Shown: in pieces, positions 19,583-29,305 of the stretch
How positions within the stretch are numbered: position 1 is the first letter of the stretch
Layout: every line of letters starts with the position of its first letter
Assembly (NCBI GenBank): GCA_947478395.1
Contig: CANJVR010000002.1
Location: 160,001 to 224,000, forward strand
Length of the DNA: 64,000 bases
Direction: 5' to 3'
DNA from: Opitutia bacterium
GTDB lineage: Bacteria > Verrucomicrobiota > Verrucomicrobiia > Opitutales > Opitutaceae
Program-made: the position numbers and the translations under genes
Notes under the pieces: generated by a model
Told to the model about the DNA's origin: nothing
The model's database searches: none
Seen by the model: only the letters and a program-made list of their open reading frames with translations

Positions 19583-20479
19583 ATGCATTGGATTGGCGCC
19601 AGCCTCGTTTCCGCCCTGTTCCTCGGGTGCTACGACTTGTTCACGAAGCACGCGGTGCGCGACAACGCGGTTTTGCCCGTGTTGTTTCTCGCCAACATTG
19701 TTAGCGCGGCCGTTTGGCTTTTACTCATGTCGGTGCCCGCGCTCGCCCCCGGATTGCTGCCCGCGGCGTTGAGCGTGCCCGAGCTAACTTTTTCGCAACA
19801 CCTTCAGCTCCTGCTCAAGTCGACAATCGTGGCCGCGTCGTGGGTGTGCAGTTATTTTGCGGTCAAGCATCTGCCAGTTTCGCTTGCGGCCCCGGTACGC
19901 GCGACGACGCCCATGTGGACGTTGCTCGGCGCCGTCCTCGTGCTCGGTGAGCGGCCGTCGTGGCTCGAGGGGCTCGGCATTGCGATCACCCTTGGATCGT
20001 TTGTGGCGCTGTCGGTTGTCGGAGCGCGTGAGGGGGTGCATTTCCACCGCGACAAATGGATCTGGTTTTTGCTGGGAGGCACGTTGCTCGGTGCGGTGAG
20101 CGGGCTGTACGACAAGTTCCTGCTGACGCCGGGCCGATTCACGGTCGCGACAGTGCAGAGCTGGTTTTCCATTTATCTCGCTCTGCTGTTCCTGCCGCTC
20201 GCGCTCGGCTGGAAATTGCGCTGGTGGCCGCGCCACGTCTTCCACTGGCGTTGGAGCATCGTGGGCGTGTCATTCGCGCTGCTCGTGGCCGACTTCGTTT
20301 ACTTCGGCGCGCTGCGGGAACCCGGCGCGTTAATCTCGCTCGTGGCCAGTCTGCGACGGGGAAGCATGCTGGTGGCCTTTGCCGGCGGTTTGCTTTTTTT
20401 TGGGGAGAAAAATGGCTGGCAGAAACTACCGGCGGTGCTCGGCGTGCTGATCGGCATCGTCCTGACGGTGATGGGTTGA
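19583..20479 (+). CDS. EamA/DMT family transporter
   Basis: About 10 hydrophobic helices in two repeats; K.LP.S.A.P and F.E motifs. Confidence 0.85.
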   Translation: MHWIGASLVSALFLGCYDLFTKHAVRDNAVLPVLFLANIVSAAVWLLLMSVPALAPGLLPAALSVPELTFSQHLQLLLKSTIVAASWVCSYFAVKHLPVSLAAPVRATTPMWTLLGAVLVLGERPSWLEGLGIAITLGSFVALSVVGAREGVHFHRDKWIWFLLGGTLLGAVSGLYDKFLLTPGRFTVATVQSWFSIYLALLFLPLALGWKLRWWPRHVFHWRWSIVGVSFALLVADFVYFGALREPGALISLVASLRRGSMLVAFAGGLLFFGEKNGWQKLPAVLGVLIGIVLTVMG

Positions 20480-20530
20480 AAACCCGGCTGGCGGCTCGAC
20501 ACGCGTCGAACTCCGCGCACGCTGCGCATC

Positions 20531-20980
20531 ATGGCCACCCTCTATGAAACCCTCCGCGCCGATATCATCGTTGCGATGAAAGCCCGCGACGGCGCCACGA
20601 CGACCGCCCTTCGCACCGCCGACGCCGGCGTCAAGCGCGCGGCGATGGACACCAACAAGGAGATCGACGACGCGCTCGTCCTCGTGACCATCCGCAAGGC
20701 GGTAAAGAATCTCACGGACGCGAACGTCGAATTTGCGAAAGGCGGACGCGCCGACCTGATCGCGGCCAATGACGCAGAAATTCGCGTGCTCACGAAGTAC
20801 CTTCCGGCGGGACTCGACGTCGCGAAACTCGAGGCCGTGATTGCCGAAGTCATCCTCGCAACCGGGGCGCAGTCCAAAAAAGAAATGGGCAAGGTGATCG
20901 GCGCGCTGAAGCTCCGGCCCGAGGCGCCGTTGATCGACTTCGGCGCAGCGAGCAAGATCGTGCAGGCGAAGCTGCCGTAG
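20531..20980 (+). CDS. GatB/YqeY domain protein
   Basis: AMKARD, F.KGGR.DL, E..VL.KYLP and KKEMGKV. Confidence 0.88.
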   Translation: MATLYETLRADIIVAMKARDGATTTALRTADAGVKRAAMDTNKEIDDALVLVTIRKAVKNLTDANVEFAKGGRADLIAANDAEIRVLTKYLPAGLDVAKLEAVIAEVILATGAQSKKEMGKVIGALKLRPEAPLIDFGAASKIVQAKLP

Positions 20981-21186
20981 CGATAAATGGCCGCGGGCAG
21001 AGGGTGTTGAAAACGTACAGATTCGAAGGCAGGGCGGTTTATGTCTAACCCTCCGCGGCTACTCGGGCCGCCGGGAAAAGGGTGTTGAACCAAGCGCGTG
21101 AGGGATCCGCGCCTTAGCTCTTGAAAGTACGCTCCGTCTACTTTCTAGCCGGTGCTGTTACATCAGCTAGCCGCGCCAGCCGCAGA

Positions 21187-21277
21187 TCGTGATAAAGGCG
21201 TCCCGTCGCATTGCCCGGGTATCCGAGCCTTGGAGGCGGCTCGGGCGCGCACGGTTTGCTTTAACCGTTTATCACGA
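21187..21277. repeat. ~91-bp element with 10-bp terminal inverted repeats and internal hairpin
   Basis: tcgtgataaa (21187-21196) / tttatcacga (21268-21277); internal ccgagcc...ggctcgg. Confidence 0.5.
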
Positions 21278-21444
21278 GGGCCGGCGTGGTCGCGGGCCCG
21301 GTGGAACGCGCAGCTGCCGCGACTAAAATTAAAACGGATTCAAAATCGCGCCGGGATAAATTTGAGGAAAACCGAAGGCTGCCTTGCCGTGACGGCGCAA
21401 GAAAATGGCGTGCGACCGGCGGAAGGCCTGCCCGCCAGGCGCGA

Positions 21445-22788
21445 TCACATGCCGGGAAATCCGCCTTTGCCCTTCATTGCTTCCATCTGGCGCATCATCT
21501 TTTTGGCGCCGCCACCCTTGAACATCTTCATCATCTTCTGCATCTGCTGAAATTGTTTTATCATCTGGTTAACCTCGACGATTTTTACGCCGGCACCGTT
21601 GGCGATGCGCTGGCGGCGGCTGCCGTTGAGCACATCGGGTTTGCGGCGTTCGTGCAGCGTCATCGATTTGATGATCGCCTCGGTACGGCCCATCTGACGT
21701 TCGGAATCGTCGGGTAACTGCATGCCGCTCATTCCGGGCATCATGCCGACGATGCTCTGCATCGATCCCATTTTTTTGATCTGCTGCAGCTGCGCGAGGA
21801 AGTCTTCGAGGTTGAAATCCGCCTTGCGCATTTTCTCCGCCATGCGCTCGGCTTCCTTCACGTCGATGTTTTCCTGCGCCCTTTCCACCAGGGAAACGAC
21901 GTCGCCCATGCCGAGGATGCGCGAGGCGAGGCGGTCGGGATAAAAAGGGTCGAAGTCGCCGGTCTTCTCCCCGGTGCCCACGAATTTTATCGGCACGCCT
22001 GTGATGCTTTTGATCGAAAGCGCGGCGCCGCCGCGGGCATCGCCGTCGAGTTTGGTCAGGATGAGGCCGGTGAGCCCGAGTGCGTCGTGAAACGTCTTCG
22101 CAACATTGACCGCTTCCTGGCCGAGCGCGCCATCGGCCACGAGCAGGATCTCATCCGGCTGAATGCGCGCGCTGAGATTTTTCACTTCCTCGATCAGGTC
22201 GGCGTCGATTTGGAGCCGTCCGGCGGTGTCGAAAATCATGCAATCCGTCGCTGCCGCATTGGCGGCCGTAAGTGCGGCGGCACCGATGGCGGGCACATCC
22301 TTGGAAAGGCGGTCGGCGTAGAAACCCAGTTCCTCCTGCTTCGCCAAAATCTCCAGCTGGTCGATGGCGGCGGGGCGATAGACATCGCACGCGACGACGA
22401 AAGGTTTGTAGCCGCGTTTTTTGAGCAGCTTGCCGAGTTTTGCCGTCGAGGTGGTTTTGCCCGAGCCGTGCAAACCGACCATGAGAATTTTCAGCGGACG
22501 CGCGGTCGACAGTGCGGTCGAGCCTTCACCGAGCAAGCGGACGAGTTCATCGTGGATGATTTTGACGACCTGCTGACCGGGGGTGACGGACTTGAGAACT
22601 TCCTGACCGACGCAGGCGGTCTGGACGCGTTCGACGAATTCGCGGGCGACCTTAAAATGGACATCGGCGGCGAGGAGGGCGGTGCGCACCTCCTTGAGCG
22701 TGTCGGCCATGTTTTCTTCCGTGAGCTTGCCCACGCCGCGGAGATTTCGGAGGGCGCTGCCGAGTTTGTCGGTGAGTGATTCAAACAT
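21445..22788 (-). CDS. ffh: Signal recognition particle protein
   Basis: [43 protein letters not shown] and a Met-rich M domain. Confidence 0.97.
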   Translation of the reverse strand: MFESLTDKLGSALRNLRGVGKLTEENMADTLKEVRTALLAADVHFKVAREFVERVQTACVGQEVLKSVTPGQQVVKIIHDELVRLLGEGSTALSTARPLKILMVGLHGSGKTTSTAKLGKLLKKRGYKPFVVACDVYRPAAIDQLEILAKQEELGFYADRLSKDVPAIGAAALTAANAAATDCMIFDTAGRLQIDADLIEEVKNLSARIQPDEILLVADGALGQEAVNVAKTFHDALGLTGLILTKLDGDARGGAALSIKSITGVPIKFVGTGEKTGDFDPFYPDRLASRILGMGDVVSLVERAQENIDVKEAERMAEKMRKADFNLEDFLAQLQQIKKMGSMQSIVGMMPGMSGMQLPDDSERQMGRTEAIIKSMTLHERRKPDVLNGSRRQRIANGAGVKIVEVNQMIKQFQQMQKMMKMFKGGGAKKMMRQMEAMKGKGGFPGM

Positions 22789-23067
22789 GAGGAAGCGCAG
22801 TGAAACGGGGATTCACTGGTTATCCACGCAAATGTGAAGGGGAGGGAACCAAGAACCGATTGGAATAACTCAAGGTGTGGCCGGCTATGGAGGTCTGTTT
22901 TCTTGGGCGCGTTCCGGTTCGAAGCGCGTGCGGCAGCGCGAGGACCTGCCGACCGGTCAGTTATGCCGATTGGGTCTGAGGTGAACTGAAGCAGCGGGGC
23001 TGCCAGCGGCCCCGGGGTCGGCTCTAGGTCCATCGCCCGCGAGCGGGTTCCGGTCCAGCGAGTCGGG

Positions 23068-23757
23068 TCAGGACTCGTCGTCGAGGGAACGTTCCAACTC
23101 GTCGCGGCATTCGTTGATCACGCGCAGCCAGATTTCCCGCAGATCGAATAGACCCGGCAGCGCCGCATCGCGAAATGCCATCAGCGTGGGTTGCTCCGTT
23201 GCCTCCTGGCCATTGAGCAGCGCGAGCGAGTTGTTGAGGATACTCAGGGCGCGCTTGAAAAGGCTGATCGCCATCGCGTAGTCGCCGAAGTCGAGCGCGT
23301 GGATCGCCTGCACCGCCTGCTCCTCGCCACGATTCAGCGACGAAAGCACGGCCAGAGCGAACGTCGGTGTGATCCCTGTGCCCGTCGACTCGACACTGAG
23401 TTGCCACGATTGCTGGAGACTCGAGGCAATCGCCTTGGTCGCGATGAAAATGGGATTCTTGTGCAGCGTATAAACGTCGCCTTCGCCCGGTTCATCGCTG
23501 TCGTCGTCCTCGTCGTCGTCGTCGGAATTGTCGTCGATGTCGTCCGTCCAGTCGGCGATATCCCAGCCCATTCGCTCTGCCACCACGTCTACCCGGTCGG
23601 ACTTATCCTTTGCCGCCTCGTAGAATCCCCGGTAACGGAGGATCGCTTCGTCCTGCTCACGCAGGTAACGCTCCCAATCGAACTCATTCCAGACGAGATC
23701 GCCACGATCTTCCCAGTCGTTGTTGTTGTTGGGCCCTTCAGAATCGAAATTACTCAT
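23068..23757 (-). CDS. Hypothetical protein (acidic N-terminal half, helical C-terminal half)
   Basis: WNEFDWERYL motif, Asp-rich tract, typical codon bias. Confidence 0.75.
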   Translation of the reverse strand: MSNFDSEGPNNNNDWEDRGDLVWNEFDWERYLREQDEAILRYRGFYEAAKDKSDRVDVVAERMGWDIADWTDDIDDNSDDDDEDDDSDEPGEGDVYTLHKNPIFIATKAIASSLQQSWQLSVESTGTGITPTFALAVLSSLNRGEEQAVQAIHALDFGDYAMAISLFKRALSILNNSLALLNGQEATEQPTLMAFRDAALPGLFDLREIWLRVINECRDELERSLDDES

Positions 23758-23877
23758 CAGGTTGAGCGGCAAATGAGCCCCGGCCTCCCTGAAAAGCAAT
23801 GCAAATTCGGATCATGGGTGCGCCGCGATTTTTTGTGCATTGAACAGCGCTTTGTCCCACCGCTAGCCTGCGCGCGA

Positions 23878-24153
23878 ATGGCAGACGTGCATTTTGAAAC
23901 GGTCTATTTTTCGGGTCGGGTGCAAGGCGTGGGCTTTCGCTATTCGACCTTGCAGGTAGCCAAGGAGTTCGAGGTGGCGGGCGCCGTGCGGAATCTGCCC
24001 GACGGTCGGGTCGTTGTGGAAGCGGAGGGGCGGGCGCCCGAAGTGGCTGCGTTCATCGCGGCGATCGAGGAGCGGATGCACGATTGCGTGCGCAAGGTCG
24101 AGCGGAGCGCTTGCGTGCGTGCGTCGGAGTTCAGCGGCTTCACGATTCGATGA
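23878..24153 (+). CDS. acyP: Acylphosphatase
   Basis: SGRVQGVGFRY and G.VRNLPDGRV signatures. Confidence 0.92.
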   Translation: MADVHFETVYFSGRVQGVGFRYSTLQVAKEFEVAGAVRNLPDGRVVVEAEGRAPEVAAFIAAIEERMHDCVRKVERSACVRASEFSGFTIR

Positions 24154-25028
24154 GCACGGTCGCCGTTTCTGCGATCGAGCTGCGCGGGTTGACGAAGGAT
24201 TATGCCGTCGGTCTGCGAGGCGTGAAACTGCGCGCCGTCGACAACCTGACCCTGAGCGTGCGCGCAGGAGAAATTTTCGGTCTCCTCGGACCCAACGGTT
24301 CCGGCAAAAGCACCACGATCAAAATTATTCTTGGACTCCTTGAGCCGACCGCCGGTACCGGCGCGATTTTTGACGTGCCGTGCGGACGCGTCGAGGCGCG
24401 AGTCGACGTTGGCTACCTCCCGGAGTCACCGCAGTTTTATCGCTTCCTCACCGGTCGGGAACTGGTGGGCTTTTACGCGCAGGTGGGAGGCGTCAGCGGA
24501 GCGCGACTCGCCGCGCGGGTGTCAGAGGTCATCGCATGGGTCGGACTCGAGGACGCCGCGGACCGTCGCGTGGGCACATATTCGAAAGGCATGTTGCAGC
24601 GCATCGGACTGGCGCAGGCGCTGGTGCATGATCCGAAGTTGGTGATTCTTGACGAGCCGACGGCCGGTGTGGATCCGGGCGGCACGGCCGCGATGACGGA
24701 GCTTATTCTACAACTCAAGGCTCAGGGTAAAACGGTTCTTATCACTTCGCACCTACTCGCGCAGATCGAGTCCATTTGCGATCGTGTGGCGATACTTGAT
24801 CGCGGCCGTTTGCTGCTCGAGGGCGCGGTCAGCGAACTCGTCCAGGCGACTTCGCGCGAGGCGTTGTGGCTCGACACACTGGGGCCCGCGCAGCGCGAGG
24901 AGTTACGTGCGTGGCTAGCGGCGGCGGGCGGAAAAGTGGAAAACGTGATGCAGGCCCGCACCGGGCTGGATCGGGTTTTTATGGAACGGGTGCAGCAGCG
25001 CACGCGGGTGCACCCCAATCTGCCATGA
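24150..25028 (+). CDS. ABC transporter ATP-binding protein
   Basis: Walker A GPNGSGKST, YSKGMLQR, Walker B ILDEPT, H-loop; ATGA overlap with acyP. Confidence 0.92.
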   Translation: MSTVAVSAIELRGLTKDYAVGLRGVKLRAVDNLTLSVRAGEIFGLLGPNGSGKSTTIKIILGLLEPTAGTGAIFDVPCGRVEARVDVGYLPESPQFYRFLTGRELVGFYAQVGGVSGARLAARVSEVIAWVGLEDAADRRVGTYSKGMLQRIGLAQALVHDPKLVILDEPTAGVDPGGTAAMTELILQLKAQGKTVLITSHLLAQIESICDRVAILDRGRLLLEGAVSELVQATSREALWLDTLGPAQREELRAWLAAAGGKVENVMQARTGLDRVFMERVQQRTRVHPNLP

Positions 25029-25834
25029 CCCGGGTCGCGTTTTCATTTCGGCGTACGGGGCTCATCGCGGGCGTCACCTTGCGGGAGGCGGTGCGGCAGA
25101 AATTATTCACGCTGTTGGTGGTTCTCGCGCTCGGGCTGGTGATGAGCGTGGGTTTTCTCCGCGATTTTAATTTCGGTTCGCCGGAGTTGAAGTTCATCGC
25201 CGATTTCGGCGATGGCGCCATCGCGTTTTTTGGCGCCGCGCTGACGATCACGGCCACCGCGCAGCTCTTTTTTAGCGAAATTGAAAATCGCACGGCGCTG
25301 ACGCTGCTGGCCAAGGCGGTGTGGCGGACGGAGTTTGTCGTGGGGAAATTTCTGGGCGTCGCGGCGGTGGCGGCAGGATTCTGTCTGTTGCTCAGCGCCG
25401 CGCTCGCCGCTGTGCTTTGGTCGCGCGAAACAGCGTTGATGCACGAATTTCCTGAAACGTTCGCGGCCGGACGCGTGGTGCATTATGGCAACTTGGCGGC
25501 CGCGGCTTGGTTGCAGTGGCTCAAGCTTACGCTGCTCGCGTCGGGCACGCTGCTCGTCTCGTGTTTTGCGCAGACCCAGCTTTTTGCAGTCATGATGGGT
25601 TTCGGGATTTTCGTGATTTGCCACCTGCAAAATCTGGCGCAGGGAACATCGTTTTGGCTGCGAATCATGGGCCGGATCACCGGATGGATTTTTCCCGACT
25701 TTCAACTTTTCGCCGCGGGGATTGATCTGGAATTTTCCGGGCCCGCTTTGGTGCGGCTCAGCGTCTATGCTTTGGGGCATGTGGCGGTGGCGGGCGCGCT
25801 GGCCACGTACGCTTTTCGTCAACGTGAAATCTGA
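25025..25834 (+). CDS. ABC-2 type permease (PilI-like)
   Basis: IA..T.REA.R, EIENRT..TLLAK...R.EFVVGKFLG, C-terminal F..REI; ATGA-coupled. Confidence 0.85.
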   Translation: MTRVAFSFRRTGLIAGVTLREAVRQKLFTLLVVLALGLVMSVGFLRDFNFGSPELKFIADFGDGAIAFFGAALTITATAQLFFSEIENRTALTLLAKAVWRTEFVVGKFLGVAAVAAGFCLLLSAALAAVLWSRETALMHEFPETFAAGRVVHYGNLAAAAWLQWLKLTLLASGTLLVSCFAQTQLFAVMMGFGIFVICHLQNLAQGTSFWLRIMGRITGWIFPDFQLFAAGIDLEFSGPALVRLSVYALGHVAVAGALATYAFRQREI

Positions 25835-26636
25835 AGAAGCGATCGAGCGTATTTTTCCGGTCCGGCTGCCGGCCGCGTTTGGGACCGTCGCGTTGGTGCT
25901 GCTCGCGCTGGTCGCGACTGGCGCTGCGCTCGACTGGCTTCGCCCGGAACCGTCAGTTGAACGTTCGGCTGCTGCGGAGCCGCGTCTGAGTGTCTCGCCG
26001 GGAGCGGGCGCTTTGCTGGGCTGGCTCGGTGGGTTCCGTGCCTTGACGGCAGATTTCGTGTGGTTGCGCATGCATGCGTTTTGGGAGACCCGCGATCTTG
26101 ATCGGACGGAGAGCTTGATCGCGTTGACGACGATGGTGGATCCGCGCCCGCTTTTTTTCTGGCTCAACGGTGCGCGCATCCTCGCTTACGACTTGCCGGC
26201 CTGGCGGATCGAAGCGGCGGGCGGATATGATCTCGTCTCGGTCGAACGGCAGCGTGCGATCGATGTGGAGCAGGCGCGACTCGCATTGCGGCGCATCGCA
26301 GCGGCGCGGCAGATTTATCGGACGAGTGCGACGTTGTGGGTGGAGCAGGCGAACATCGAATTGAACCGGCTGCGGGACGTGTCGGCGGCGGCCGAAAGCT
26401 ATCGTCGCGCTGCGGAGCAACCGGACGCACCCTACTACGCGGGCCGAATGTACGCGGAGTTACTCCGCAAACTCGATCGCAAGCCGGAGGCCTACGCGTG
26501 GTTGAGGGCGCTGCACCCGCGATTACCGTTGGACGATGAATCGGCCGGAGCCGCCGTCGTGCTTGGGCGCATCCGGGATTTAGAGCGGGAACTTGCGGTG
26601 ACTTCGGCGCAAAGCTATCGACCGAGGCAACCATGA
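25824..26636 (+). CDS. Membrane-anchored TPR-like hypothetical protein
   Basis: N-terminal TM helix, LGGFR.L.AD..WL, DPR..FFW, helical repeats; overlaps the permease stop. Confidence 0.7.
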   Translation: MKSEEAIERIFPVRLPAAFGTVALVLLALVATGAALDWLRPEPSVERSAAAEPRLSVSPGAGALLGWLGGFRALTADFVWLRMHAFWETRDLDRTESLIALTTMVDPRPLFFWLNGARILAYDLPAWRIEAAGGYDLVSVERQRAIDVEQARLALRRIAAARQIYRTSATLWVEQANIELNRLRDVSAAAESYRRAAEQPDAPYYAGRMYAELLRKLDRKPEAYAWLRALHPRLPLDDESAGAAVVLGRIRDLERELAVTSAQSYRPRQP

Positions 26637-26810
26637 GTCGCCAGCGAAGAAGTATTTTCCCGAAGTTGGATCGCGCTCTCGCTCGACCGATGGGGCTGCA
26701 CGCCAAGAAATTTCTTCGGCCTCTTTGCGGCCAAAAATTCCGCGACCTTTCTCCGCCCGGCCAAAAGTCGACGGGATGGATCCGCTCGATTCACCCGCTT
26801 CGCTAGCCGT

Positions 26811-27722
26811 ATGACGCCCGATCTGAATTCGCCCCGCACCGAAAAAATTTCGCGGTTAAAAATCTGGCTGGAGGCGACGCGTCCCCGCACGTTGCCGGCC
26901 GCCGTAGCGCCGGTACTCGTGGGTTCGGCGCTGGCGGCGCACGAGGGCAAGTTCGATGGACGCGCGGCCGGGTTGTGCCTCGTCTTCGCGGTGTTGATTC
27001 AGATCGGGACGAATTTCGCCAACGACTACTACGATTTCGTGAAGGGCGCGGATACGGCGCAACGCGTGGGCCCGCGCCGCGCGGTGGCGGCTGGACTGGT
27101 CGCCCCGGCGCGGATGAAGGCCGTCATGCTCGTGACTTTCCTGGCGGCGTTTGTGAGCGGATTGTCGCTGATCGCGTGGGGCGGTCCGTGGCTGCTCGTG
27201 GTCGGTCTGACGAGCATCGCTTGCGGCGTGGCGTATACGGGCGGTCCGTGGCCGCTGGGCTACAACGGACTCGGCGATGTGTTTGTTTTTATTTTTTTCG
27301 GGCTCGTGGCGGTGACGTCCACGTACTTTGTCCAAACTGGCGAAATTTCGCGCGAGGCTTGGCTGGCCGGTGCAGCGATCGGATTGCTGGCCGCAAATAT
27401 TTTGGTCGTGAACAATTATCGCGATGTTGAAACCGATCGCGTCGCGGGTAAACGCACGCTGGTGGTTCGTTTCGGCCGTGGTTTCGCGCGGGGGCAGTTT
27501 ATCGCGTCGCTCGCGCTCGCGTTTATGCTGCCGCCCGTGTTGTGGGCGCGGGGTTTCTCCGCGTGGGTTTTGCTTCCAGTCCTACTTGGGCCGATGGCGT
27601 GGGCTCATGGGCGGCGCTTGCGGGCCAGCGAAACCGCAGCCGAGCGGATCGCGTTGCTGGGCGACACCGGGAAACTACTCGCGGTGTACGCGGGGCTGCT
27701 TGGGCTCGGTGTGATACTTTAG
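26811..27722 (+). CDS. menA: 1,4-dihydroxy-2-naphthoate prenyltransferase
   Basis: RPRTLPAA, NFANDYYDF.KG.D, YTGGP.PLGY.GLG and NNYRD.ETD...GKRTL. Confidence 0.93.
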   Translation: MTPDLNSPRTEKISRLKIWLEATRPRTLPAAVAPVLVGSALAAHEGKFDGRAAGLCLVFAVLIQIGTNFANDYYDFVKGADTAQRVGPRRAVAAGLVAPARMKAVMLVTFLAAFVSGLSLIAWGGPWLLVVGLTSIACGVAYTGGPWPLGYNGLGDVFVFIFFGLVAVTSTYFVQTGEISREAWLAGAAIGLLAANILVVNNYRDVETDRVAGKRTLVVRFGRGFARGQFIASLALAFMLPPVLWARGFSAWVLLPVLLGPMAWAHGRRLRASETAAERIALLGDTGKLLAVYAGLLGLGVIL

Positions 27723-27761
27723 GTGCGCCGACCAGGCAGACCTGATCTCGCGATCGAATAT

Positions 27762-27787
27762 CCTAGTAGCGGAACCTAGTAGCGGAA
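27762..27787. repeat. 13-bp tandem duplication
   Basis: cctagtagcggaa x2 between convergent menA and trxA. Confidence 0.75.
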
Positions 27788-27849
27788 AGCAGGAGCGTTT
27801 CGGAGCGCCGCCCGAAAGCCTCCCGGTTTCCGCGACGGTAGAAAGCGGC

Positions 27850-28176
27850 TTAAAGCAGCGCGACCAGCTTCGCCTTGATCGCGGCCTTTGGCATCATGCC
27901 GACGATCTGCTCGGCTACTTTGCCACCCTTGAACACCAACATGGTGGGAATGGCGCGGATGCTGTATTCGGCGGCAATCGCGTCGTTGTCGTCGATGTTC
28001 ACCTTGGCAATCTGGACCTGGCCATCCAGCTCGGTTGCGAGTTCGTCAAGAAGCGGCGCGATGGCTTTGCACGGGCCGCACCACGGCGCCCAAAAATCCA
28101 CGAGAAGTGGAGTCGTGGCAGAAGCAACGGCGGCTTTGAAGGTATCGGTGGTGAGATGGACGATTTTTTCGGACAT
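27850..28176 (-). CDS. trxA: Thioredoxin
   Basis: DFWAPWCGPCK and IRAIPT. Confidence 0.95.
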   Translation of the reverse strand: MSEKIVHLTTDTFKAAVASATTPLLVDFWAPWCGPCKAIAPLLDELATELDGQVQIAKVNIDDNDAIAAEYSIRAIPTMLVFKGGKVAEQIVGMMPKAAIKAKLVALL

Positions 28177-28221
28177 GGAGTTGAGGGTAATGGATCGGCC
28201 GTAAAAGCCGATGATGGTGGA

Positions 28222-28473
28222 TTAGCGCGGGGTGGACTTGGCTAAAATTTCGTCGAGCTCCTGTCGCTCCACGTTTTCGAGAACTTTGCCGCGGTTTTTC
28301 AATTCCTCGAATGTCTTCACCACGGTCTCGGTCATCCGTTCGTGAGTTTCAGCGGAGCCACCCACGAGGGCGAACTGCTCGCCTTGCGTAATCCGCTTGT
28401 GGCCGTCGGCGTGATCCAAGCCCAGGCCGAGCAGCGCCGCGCGCGGTCCGGTGGCTTTTCGCTTTTTACTCAC
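28222..28473 (-). CDS. Small conserved hypothetical protein
   Basis: GLGLD..DGHKRIT.GE.F.LVGGS.ETHERM; GTGA-coupled to scpA. Confidence 0.75.
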   Translation of the reverse strand: MSKKRKATGPRAALLGLGLDHADGHKRITQGEQFALVGGSAETHERMTETVVKTFEELKNRGKVLENVERQELDEILAKSTPR

Positions 28474-29252
28474 GCGAGCACCGTGCTGACGTCGGCCGGA
28501 TTTTCAAGTGGCTTTTCGATCACCACATTGCAGACGATGTCCGCAAATGCCTCGTCTTGCTGGAGGCGAAGCTTGCCGAGCCGGGTCAATTCTAGGACCG
28601 CGAGGAAGGTGGCGACGAGTTTGCGCAGCGTGACGCCGTGCTCGAAAAGTTGTGAAAAGACAAAGGAACGCTCCGTCGCGAGCCGGCCGAGCAGCCACTC
28701 CATCTGGTCGGCGACGGTGAACTGCTCGTCGTGGATTTCGCCCACAACCAATTTATCGGCGAGACGCCGGAGGACGATGTTGAAGGTGTTCCAGAGGTCG
28801 ATCCGGTCGTTCTGCTTGAGCGGACGGTCGAGCAAGTCGGCCGACCGCGAGGCGACGTGTCGTTCCATGAGGTCCTGCCGCTGCCGGACGATCGCGGCGA
28901 GCTCGGCGGCGGCCTCCTTGAATTTTTTGTATTGGAGCAACTGGTGGACAAGTTCCCAGCGCGGGTCGATGTCGTCCTCGGGATTGGCGTTGGGATCGAC
29001 CGCGTGCTGGCCCTTCGGGAGGAGGAGGCGGCTTTTGATCTCCATCAACGTGGCGGCCATGACAAAGAAATCGCCCGCGACCTCGAGGTCGAGCGACTGC
29101 ATGGCGCGCAGGGCCTCCAGGTATTGTTTCGTCACCGACTCGATCGGAATGTCGTAGATATCGATTTCGTTTTTCCGGATGAGAAAAAGGAGAAGATCGA
29201 GCGGGCCTTCGAAGACCTGAAGTTTGATGCGGTAGTCGGAATCGGGAACCAC
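28470..29252 (-). CDS. scpA: Segregation and condensation protein A (kleisin)
   Basis: FEGPLDLLLFLI, MAATLMEIKSRLLLP and TFLAVLEL; GTG start inferred. Confidence 0.93.
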   Translation of the reverse strand: MVPDSDYRIKLQVFEGPLDLLLFLIRKNEIDIYDIPIESVTKQYLEALRAMQSLDLEVAGDFFVMAATLMEIKSRLLLPKGQHAVDPNANPEDDIDPRWELVHQLLQYKKFKEAAAELAAIVRQRQDLMERHVASRSADLLDRPLKQNDRIDLWNTFNIVLRRLADKLVVGEIHDEQFTVADQMEWLLGRLATERSFVFSQLFEHGVTLRKLVATFLAVLELTRLGKLRLQQDEAFADIVCNVVIEKPLENPADVSTVLA

Positions 29253-29305
29253 GGTGGTGGAATGGTTGGGCGGCGCCTGGAGGCGGCAATGATATTTCGC
29301 AATCG

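Noticed and set aside
22789..23067. SRP RNA (ffs) next to ffh
   Set aside because: Only a partial gaagcagc match; no GGAA-tetraloop helix-8 structure.
27762..27787. 13-bp tandem repeat as an array or operator
   Set aside because: Only two abutting units between convergent genes; most likely a slippage duplication.
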